From the NCBI GenBank assembly GCA_043740085.1, contig JAYUCY010000094.1, positions 2,325 to 66,324 of the forward strand: a stretch of DNA of 64,000 nt. The letters are read 5' to 3'. A program made the position numbers and the translations under genes. This document shows, piece after piece, positions 19,978 through 26,386 of the stretch (position 1 is the stretch's first letter; each line of letters starts with the position of its first letter). The DNA is from Ilumatobacteraceae bacterium (lineage in GTDB: Bacteria; Actinomycetota; Acidimicrobiia; Acidimicrobiales; Ilumatobacteraceae). Below the pieces are notes generated by a model. That model was given only the letters and a program-made list of their open reading frames with translations, ran no database searches and was not told the DNA's origin.

Positions 19978-21339
19978 ATGTCCGATGAGCCAGCGCGCCA
20001 ACCTGCCGATCTTGCGATTGTCAATTGCATCGCGTTGCTGGGGGTGACGGGCGACCGCACGACGTTTGCCCCTGGTACCACGTTGGAGATCACGGGTGGC
20101 CGCCTCACGAGCATCGATCAGAACCCGGCGCAGCCGCCGGTCGCTCGTGAGGTCATCGACGCACGCGGCATGGTCGCCATGCCGGGGCTCATCAACACCC
20201 ATTGCCATGCAGCGATGACATTCCTTCGCGGTGCCGCCGAGGACGTCAGCGTGGCGCATTGGTTCAACGATTACATCTGGCCAATGGAGGTCAACGTCGG
20301 CGAGCGCGAGGTCTACCTGGGCACGCTGGTGGCGGCGGCGGAGATGATTGAATGCGGCGTCACCACGTTCGCCGATCACTATTTCTTCATGGACCAGGCA
20401 GCGCAGGCAGTGATGGACACCGGCATACGCGCCAACCTTGGCTCCGCCTTCTTCAGTTCGCAGGGGCCGGAAGGTTTGGCGCAATCTGTTGCGTTCGCCG
20501 AACGTTGGCACGGCAAGGCCGACGGTCGTATCACCACCTCTCTTGCCCCGCACGCGCCGTACACGGTCAGCGACGAGGATCTGCGTGGCGCCGCCGACGC
20601 AGCCCGCCGCATCGGTGTACGTGTGCACCTGCACGCCTCCGAGGACATTGCACAGGCCAACGCCAGCATTGCGTCGCGTGGTATCTCGCCCATCCAGGTC
20701 TTGCAGGACACGGGCGTGCTCGACGCAGGCGTGATCATCGCTCACGGCAACGGCATCATCCCCAGCGACATCCCGCTGCTGGCTGCCGTGCGCGACCGGG
20801 CCGGCGTTACGCACGGCCCGAAGGGCTACCTCAAGTTTGCACTCGGCCCGTTGACACCTATCCCTGCGCTGCGCGCCGCCGGGGTGCCGGTGGGCTACTG
20901 CACCGACGGCGTGGCCTCCAACAACACGATGAACATCTTGGAGACCATGCGCATCACGGCCATCACGCAGAAGCAGATCGCCGATGACGCCACCTGGTTC
21001 AAGAGTTCGATGGCGCTGGAGATGGCTGGGTCCGAATCGGCAGCGGTGCTGGGTATGCGTGGCCAGATCGGTGAGCTGACGGTGGGGTCGCGCGCGGACG
21101 TGATCCTGGTGGATGTCAGTGGCTTCCACTGCCAGCCAATGCACGACCTGGCCGCGGCGCTGGTCTATTCGGTGCAACCCTCAGATGTGCAGACCACCAT
21201 TGTCGATGGCCGCGTGCTGATGCGCGACCGCAGGCTGCTCACCATCAACCGTGAGGCGCTGCTAGCCGAGTTCCGCCTACGAGCGCGGGAGATCACGGAC
21301 CGTACGCACGGCCGATCCATCCAGGACTACAACACCTAA
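19978..21339 (+). CDS. amidohydrolase (MtaD / chlorohydrolase-type deaminase family)
   Basis: PGLINTHCHAAMTFLRGAAEDV HxH metal motif. 453 aa with TIM-barrel amidohydrolase layout. Confidence 0.8.
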   Translation: MSDEPARQPADLAIVNCIALLGVTGDRTTFAPGTTLEITGGRLTSIDQNPAQPPVAREVIDARGMVAMPGLINTHCHAAMTFLRGAAEDVSVAHWFNDYIWPMEVNVGEREVYLGTLVAAAEMIECGVTTFADHYFFMDQAAQAVMDTGIRANLGSAFFSSQGPEGLAQSVAFAERWHGKADGRITTSLAPHAPYTVSDEDLRGAADAARRIGVRVHLHASEDIAQANASIASRGISPIQVLQDTGVLDAGVIIAHGNGIIPSDIPLLAAVRDRAGVTHGPKGYLKFALGPLTPIPALRAAGVPVGYCTDGVASNNTMNILETMRITAITQKQIADDATWFKSSMALEMAGSESAAVLGMRGQIGELTVGSRADVILVDVSGFHCQPMHDLAAALVYSVQPSDVQTTIVDGRVLMRDRRLLTINREALLAEFRLRAREITDRTHGRSIQDYNT

Positions 21340-21340
21340 A

Positions 21341-21455
21341 CGCCCCCTGTGCGAGTGCCACGCCGCCTGTGCGAGTGCCAGGTGACCATGCGAGTGCCAA
21401 CTCGCATTCCGGGATGCGAGTACCCACTCGGGTGTCGGCCTCGCACTCGCACCGG
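21341..21455. repeat. intergenic GCGAGT/ACTCGC motif cluster with a 20-bp tandem repeat
   Basis: CGCC(C/G)CCTGTGCGAGTGCCA occurs at 21341 and 21361, with a partial third copy to 21399. A hairpin ACTCGCAT-TCCGGG-ATGCGAGT follows at 21400-21421, and further GCGAGT/ACTCGC copies run to about 21455. The cluster lies between convergent genes. Confidence 0.6.
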
Positions 21456-21475
21456 AGGCGTGAGCCCTGGGTGAG

Positions 21476-22099
21476 CTAGACGGTGGTCGTTGTGGGGGCA
21501 GTGGTGACACCGGTGACGGGGGCGCCACCGATCTCAGCCAGCGTCTTGCCAGCGGCGTCATTGCCGAGCATCAGCACCACGCCGCTGCCTTCGGCGAAGT
21601 TACCACTGGCGACCGGGACAGGAGTGGGTGCGGCGGCAACCTCGATGTTGCCGAACAATGCCGCCAGCGAAGTCGCCACGGGCAGTGCGGCCGGGTCGTC
21701 AGGGTTGTAGAGCACCTTGCTCAGTTCCAACTTCTCGGAGGCGCTGACCGGCTCCGCCATGTCGTAGCCCTTGCCGCCGACGGCGGTGGACATCCGGGCG
21801 GCGGCACCATCAATGCTGCTGGCATTGGCCACTTGCACCTTGGTACCAGTGGTCACCGCCACCGTGGTGGTGGGCAATTCGGTGACGGGCGCGACCGTCG
21901 CGGAGGGATCGAGTGTGGTACCGGGTGCAGCCGTCGTGCTACTGGGCTTGACCGTGGTGCTCTCGCCGCCATCGTTGACCTTGCGCAAAATGAGGAAGCC
22001 GAGCACCAGCGCGACGAGCGTGACAACAATGGCCACGGTGCTCCCCATAGGGGCTGCGCCGTTCGTGCGACCGGTGCGGCCAGCGTTTTCGTTGCTCAT
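21476..22099 (-). CDS. LytR_C domain-containing membrane protein
   Basis: N-terminal TM (VAIVVTLVALVLGFLIL), a T/P-rich linker, and a C-terminal VQVANASSIDGAAARMSTAVGGKGY...GSGVVLMLGND pattern. Confidence 0.7.
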   Translation of the reverse strand: MSNENAGRTGRTNGAAPMGSTVAIVVTLVALVLGFLILRKVNDGGESTTVKPSSTTAAPGTTLDPSATVAPVTELPTTTVAVTTGTKVQVANASSIDGAAARMSTAVGGKGYDMAEPVSASEKLELSKVLYNPDDPAALPVATSLAALFGNIEVAAAPTPVPVASGNFAEGSGVVLMLGNDAAGKTLAEIGGAPVTGVTTAPTTTTV

Positions 22100-22131
22100 C
22101 GGGACTCCTCAGTTGTGAAGGGCAGTTGTGG

Positions 22132-22419
22132 TCAGGTGCGTCGGCTCTGTTCGCCTGTAGCTGCGCCATCAATCATTGCCCGACGACGGCGCTCGCGGTG
22201 ACGGCGCAGGCGGCGAACCACCAACTGGTCGACGAGCAACGCCGCCGGATGATCAATCACCCGGTTGAGTTCGAGATTGTAGTCTTCCACGGAACAGGCA
22301 AACCGCGCACGGATCGCATCATGGCGATCTTCGTTCAACATGAACCACGTTGCCTCGAACTGCAAGATGCCCAGCTCGCGCTCATTGAGTGTCTCAGCGG
22401 TCGTGTCGTGCTCGCTCAT
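22132..22419 (-). CDS. DUF3263-family small protein
   Basis: Started at the ATG at 22419: MSEHDTTAETLNERELGILQFEATWFMLNEDRHDAIRARFACSVEDYNLELNRVID. Confidence 0.7.
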   Translation of the reverse strand: MSEHDTTAETLNERELGILQFEATWFMLNEDRHDAIRARFACSVEDYNLELNRVIDHPAALLVDQLVVRRLRRHRERRRRAMIDGAATGEQSRRT

Positions 22420-22503
22420 GGTGCCACCAGCTTGGCCCAGTTGTCTCCGTGAAACCGGGCATCGCACAGGTGTTCGTGCCCTGGTCAGCTAACGTGCGCG
22501 GCC

Positions 22504-23130
22504 ATGTCGACTCGCCCGTTCATGATCGGTGTTGCTGGTGGTACGTGCTCCGGCAAGACAACCGTCAGCGAGAAGCTGGCAGAGCTCGCCGGCGACGAGC
22601 GGTTGGCGCTGATCAAGCTGGATTCGTACTACGTCTCGCACGACGACCAACCGTTCGAGGTACGCGAGAAGGCAAACTACGACCACCCGGACGCGTTCGA
22701 TTGGCAGTTACTCAACGATCACCTGGCCGCGCTGTCGCATGGCTCGACGGTGCCGGTGCCCATCTACGACTACACCAATCATCGGCGTAGTGGTGCGGTG
22801 CGAATGGTGCCGCCGGCGAACATCGTGGTGGTCGAGGGCATCTTGGTGCTCTATGAGCCGACGCTGCGTGAGCGCTTCGATCTGAAGGTGTACATCGATA
22901 CCGACGCCGACTTGCGCTTCATCCGCAGGCTGCAGCGCGACGTGGCCGAGCGCGGCCGCACGCCAGAAAGCATCATCGCCCAGTACCTGGATTCGGTGCG
23001 CCCGGCACACGAGCAGTTCATCGAACCCAGCAAGCGCCACGCCGACGTGATCTTCCCCCAGGGTGGCATGAACGCCCCCGCCATCGACGTGCTACTCGCA
23101 AGAGTCCGCGAGCTAGCCGTCATCGAGTAG
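22504..23130 (+). CDS. udk: uridine kinase
   Basis: P-loop IGVAGGTCSGKTT, plus YDHPDAFD and the VVVEGIL motif. Confidence 0.9.
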   Translation: MSTRPFMIGVAGGTCSGKTTVSEKLAELAGDERLALIKLDSYYVSHDDQPFEVREKANYDHPDAFDWQLLNDHLAALSHGSTVPVPIYDYTNHRRSGAVRMVPPANIVVVEGILVLYEPTLRERFDLKVYIDTDADLRFIRRLQRDVAERGRTPESIIAQYLDSVRPAHEQFIEPSKRHADVIFPQGGMNAPAIDVLLARVRELAVIE

Positions 23131-23135
23131 CAACT

Positions 23136-23190
23136 CGAAGTGACGCGGTGCTGCGTCTACGACCTGGGGTTGTGAGAAACAAGCGCGTCA
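23136..23190 (+). repeat. 55-nt repeat, copy 1 (upstream of tRNA-Thr)
   Basis: CGAAGTGACGCGGTGCTGCGTCTACGACCTGGGGTTGTGAGAAACAAGCGCGTCA. The ends TGACGCG / CGCGTCA are self-complementary. Confidence 0.7.
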
Positions 23191-23227
23191 GTTTCGTCTC
23201 GTGGGCGTGACACAAGGCTCGCGTCGG

Positions 23228-23282
23228 CGAAGTGACGCGAGGTTGCGTCTGCGACCTGGGATTGTGAGGAACAAGCGCGTCA
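23228..23282 (+). repeat. 55-nt repeat, copy 2
   Basis: CGAAGTGACGCGAGGTTGCGTCTGCGACCTGGGATTGTGAGGAACAAGCGCGTCA. 49 of 55 positions match copy 1. It is followed by TATGTT, a possible -10 for the tRNA. Confidence 0.7.
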
Positions 23283-23333
23283 TATGTTGGCTATGGGCGC
23301 GGCAGGGCGGCCGTTACACTCGGCGGACGAGTC

Positions 23334-23406
23334 GCCGGGTTAGCTCAGCTGGCAGAGCAACGCACTTGTAATGCGTAGGTCAAGGGTTCGATTCCCTTAC
23401 CCGGCT
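23334..23406 (+). tRNA. tRNA-Thr (anticodon UGU)
   Basis: Manual cloverleaf: acceptor GCCGGGT/ACCCGGC, D arm GCTC-AGCTGGCA-GAGC, anticodon arm ACGCA-CTTGTAA-TGCGT, variable AGGTC, T arm AAGGG-TTCGATT-CCCTT, discriminator T. CCA is encoded at 23407-23409. Confidence 0.9.
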
Positions 23407-23485
23407 CCACATAACACCAGGTAGATGGCACGTTTGCTGAGACTGCGCTTCTCCACAAAGTGGGTCGGCCAAGATTCGGGTGGTT

Positions 23486-23735
23486 TGCCGGTCCTGAAGG
23501 GATTGATGCACGAACGCGGCAGGGTGCGTGGGAGTAGATCGTGCAGCTGCCGTGCGATCCTCTGACGGGTACCGCCAAGCAAGTGAGCCGTACGGTGGAC
23601 GGCACCAAACGCGAAGCCCGGCGCGCTGGCCGAGCTGGTGACGAAGGTTTCGGCAGGCAAGATCTCGTCAACGACGACAACGCTCGACCAGCTGCTGGTG
23701 CAATGGCTCGAGCTCCTTCGTCTTCACGCACTCGT
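23486..23735 (+). pseudogene. tyrosine-integrase N-terminal stub (frameshifted, catalytic domain absent)
   Basis: Reading across two frames gives ...GRVRGSRS / VQLPCDPLTGTAKQVSRTVDGTKREARR / ALAELVTKVSAGKISSTTTTLDQLLVQWLELL. This is the arm-binding/SAM-like N-terminus typical of actinobacterial phage/ICE integrases. No R-H-R-Y catalytic region follows. Confidence 0.5.
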
Positions 23736-23782
23736 AAACGCCTTTTGGTGGCGTCCGGGCGTGTATCCGCGTGGCCGGGCAC

Positions 23783-24067
23783 CTACTCGGCAGTAGTCGG
23801 CACAGTTCTCGTGCCGACTAGCGAAGACTTTGCGAGTACTCGGAAGCCGTCTCGTGAACTCGGCACGTTCAGCGCCCCGATCTCTGCCGAGTAGACCGCC
23901 GAGTTACGGACATCGAGCTGATCCTGCGGTCGCCAGAGAGCAAGACGGGTGGAGTTCAAGAGAGATCTGACGTCGCCCGACTGTGTTCTTCGCACGATCG
24001 TGGCGTTCGCGAACTCCGCGGTGGGGTGCTCGTTGTCGGGGTTGAGGACGCGTCGTGGGTTCGCCAT
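23783..24067 (-). CDS. hypothetical protein (94 aa), no recognisable domain
   Basis: Track ORF 23783..24118, started at the ATG at 24067 (MANPRRVLNPDNEHPTAEFANATIVRR...). Third-position G/C is high in the first half. It may be a fragment. Confidence 0.3.
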   Translation of the reverse strand: MANPRRVLNPDNEHPTAEFANATIVRRTQSGDVRSLLNSTRLALWRPQDQLDVRNSAVYSAEIGALNVPSSRDGFRVLAKSSLVGTRTVPTTAE

Positions 24068-24197
24068 CTCCGCTCGCGGATGAGGAGCAGCTCGCGAGCC
24101 TGATCGCCTTGATGCCACGCATCGAACCGCAACTCGTGCCGGACATCGCGATTGTGCCGTGGCGTCGCACCCAGCTGCTGGTGGTCAACGTTCAGCT

Positions 24198-24361
24198 CAC
24201 GCGGCGCGAACAGCTCCAACGACTGCTCAGCGAGTTCGACCGGCACGCCGACAGCCTTCTCGACGCGTTCGCGCACGTCGACGGCGTCGTCGGCACGCCG
24301 ATCACCTAATACACCGCGGAACTGCGGCGCGAGCTGGGCATCACCTGACCCATCGGTCGTC
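24198..24361 (+). repeat. 164-bp direct repeat, copy A (degenerate 3-prime tail of a SEC-C-type gene)
   Basis: Matches 28918-29081 at a constant offset of 4720 nt with 4 mismatches (24217, 24309, 24310, 24336). Here the TAC codon of copy B is TAA, so track ORF 24055..24309 ends 15 codons early. Confidence 0.85.
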
Positions 24362-24534
24362 GCGGCGCGTCGACGCCCACCTCCCGGGCTTCTTGTGTGG
24401 GAGCGCGCATCGGGCGCATCGCGTTGGGTTGTCCTTACGGAAAGATGCCGTCTGGGGTCAAGGAGGCTGCGCCTCCAGCCCAACCGTCTGTGTCGTGGAA
24501 ACCTCAGCGGTCGCAGTCGTCGATGTCGTCGTCA

Positions 24535-24589
24535 ATAATGATGGCTGTCTACGCCATTATGGCCCATAATGATGTATACGACGATCATT
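24535..24589 (+). promoter_or_regulatory. AT-rich operator/promoter region of hipBA
   Basis: ATAATGATG occurs at 24535 and 24566. Reverse copies are CCATTAT (24555-24561) and GATCATT (24583-24589), and a GCCATTATGGC palindrome lies at 24553-24563. An RBS GGAGAGGAG precedes the ATG at 24604. Confidence 0.4.
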
Positions 24590-24603
24590 GGAGAGGAGTT
24601 GTT

Positions 24604-24897
24604 ATGCCGAAGCTGAACGCTCGTACGCAGCGCTCTGCCGCACAATTCGGGACACACCTCGCCACCTGGCGCAAACTACTGAACCTCACCGCTGACCAGG
24701 TAGCGCAACGGGCCGACATTGACCGCGGCACACTGCGTCGCCTCGAGAAGGGTGACCCGGTCGGCTTCGACGTAGTGCTGTCCGTCGCCCGGGCTCTCGG
24801 AGTGCTCGACAAACTCGTCGACGCCGTCGACCCGTGGGAATCTGACCTTGGTCGTGCACGCGCCGGCGCCGTGCTCCCCAAACGGGTGTACCGATGA
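24604..24897 (+). CDS. hipB: XRE-family helix-turn-helix antitoxin (HipB-like)
   Basis: 97 aa with HTH LRKLLNLTADQVAQRADIDRGTLRRLEKGD. The stop overlaps the hipA start (ATGA at 24894-24897). Confidence 0.75.
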   Translation: MPKLNARTQRSAAQFGTHLATWRKLLNLTADQVAQRADIDRGTLRRLEKGDPVGFDVVLSVARALGVLDKLVDAVDPWESDLGRARAGAVLPKRVYR

Positions 24898-26234
24898 TCG
24901 ACCGACTGGACGTACACATCGAACTCGACGGGCGAACACACCCGGCGGGTACCGCCTATTTCGTTCAACGTCGCGGCGGACCGGTGGCGACAACGTTCGC
25001 GTACTCCGTCGAATACCTCGCGAACCCGACAGCAATCAGCATCGATCCGAACCTGCCGCTCGTCAGCGGCCAACAAGCCACCAACGGCATGCCGGGAGCG
25101 TTCCAGGATTGCGCACCAGACAGGTGGGGACGCAACCTCATTCTGAAACGATCCCGGACCAGCGTCAGCGCCGGTGATCGAACCCCGGCGCTGAACGACG
25201 CCGACTTCCTCGCCGTGGTGAGCGACATCACCCGCCAAGGGGCGCTTCGGTTCTCACTGTCAGGCACCGCCGAATTCATCGACGCTGGTCTGCGTGTGCC
25301 GAAACTGATCGCGTTGCCCCGGCTGCTCTACGCTGTTGACCGGCTGGCCGACGACGACGAAAGTGACGAAGCGGTCAAAGTGCTGCTCGACGCCGGCTCC
25401 GGGTCGCTCGGCGGCGCACGACCAAAGGCGTCAGTGCTCGACAACGGGCGGCTGCTGCTGGCAAAGTTTCCGCATCGCAGCGACGGCTGGGATGTGATGG
25501 GCTGGGAAAAAACAGCGTTGGACATCGCCGGCCGGGCAGGTATCAACGTTCCGGGTAGACGCCTCGTTGGTCTCGACGGCCGCCAGATCTTGTTGCTCGA
25601 ACGATTCGACCGCGACGACCAGCACCGCATCGCCTACATCAGCGCGATGACACTCGTCGGTGGGCGCATCGGTGAGGACTACGACTACGCCGACATCGCA
25701 GCCACTCTTCCCGATTTCGGGTCCCGAGTGGCTGCTGATCTCGACGAGATGTTCCGGCGTGTTGTCGTGAGCTGCGCCATCCACAACACCGACGACCACT
25801 TTCTCAACCATGGGTTCCTTGGCAGCGCGGCCGGATGGAAACTGGCGCCTGTTTTTGACATCAACCCGAACCCTGATCTCAACGAAGGCAGGGTCACGTC
25901 GATCGCCGCGGCCAGCCGCGCTGAAGACGAACCAGCAGGACTGATAGCGGTAGCAGGCGACTTCCGTCTCACTGAAAGCGCCGCCCGTTCCATCGTGACT
26001 GAGGTGGTCGACGCCGTTGCCGACTGGGCTGACATCGCCACCGCCAACGGGATCAGCGCCCGCGAGCGCGAACAGTTCCGACCGATGTTCAACGACCGGA
26101 TCGCAGCGCTCGCCAGCACCGCCCTCCTGCCCCGGCCGGGGCCAGCTCGTGCTGCCTCGACGACACAGCGGCGAGTTCCCAAGGGCTCCCCGACCGCAGG
26201 CCAGTTTGCCAAGAAAGACACCCATCACCCCTGA
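24894..26234 (+). CDS. hipA: HipA-family serine/threonine kinase toxin
   Basis: HipA N-terminal domain (DCAPDRWGRNLI). P-loop-like SGSLGGARPKASV, catalytic IHNTDDHFLNHGF, and Mg-binding LAPVFDINPN. Confidence 0.85.
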   Translation: MIDRLDVHIELDGRTHPAGTAYFVQRRGGPVATTFAYSVEYLANPTAISIDPNLPLVSGQQATNGMPGAFQDCAPDRWGRNLILKRSRTSVSAGDRTPALNDADFLAVVSDITRQGALRFSLSGTAEFIDAGLRVPKLIALPRLLYAVDRLADDDESDEAVKVLLDAGSGSLGGARPKASVLDNGRLLLAKFPHRSDGWDVMGWEKTALDIAGRAGINVPGRRLVGLDGRQILLLERFDRDDQHRIAYISAMTLVGGRIGEDYDYADIAATLPDFGSRVAADLDEMFRRVVVSCAIHNTDDHFLNHGFLGSAAGWKLAPVFDINPNPDLNEGRVTSIAAASRAEDEPAGLIAVAGDFRLTESAARSIVTEVVDAVADWADIATANGISAREREQFRPMFNDRIAALASTALLPRPGPARAASTTQRRVPKGSPTAGQFAKKDTHHP

Positions 26235-26386
26235 CGGACCGGACGACCAGGAGGCTCAATTCCAACTCGCAACGGTCAAAGCGTCTCACCCGAAGCGAAT
26301 TGCAGCTGCGACGAGCCCGTCCGTCGCGCGTCACTGAAGTGCCTACTTGAGACTGCGGGCATGCTGCGACGGTAGCGTCGGCACGC

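Noticed and set aside
19840-21177. 445-aa - strand ORF
   Set aside because: It is antisense to the amidohydrolase gene and its composition is shadow-frame-like.
21341-21399. Tandem repeats here and at 54549-54743 as a CRISPR array
   Set aside because: The copies are directly adjacent with no unique spacers. One set is in-frame coding sequence, and no cas genes are in the window.
24055-24309. 84-aa ORF ending in the SEC-C tail sequence, considered as a real small gene
   Set aside because: Its last 37 codons are a near-exact copy of the 3-prime end of the 893-aa gene, cut short by a TAC-to-TAA change. The first 47 codons overlap the start of the opposite-strand ORF 23783..24118 and match nothing. 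It is best explained as a recombination scar.
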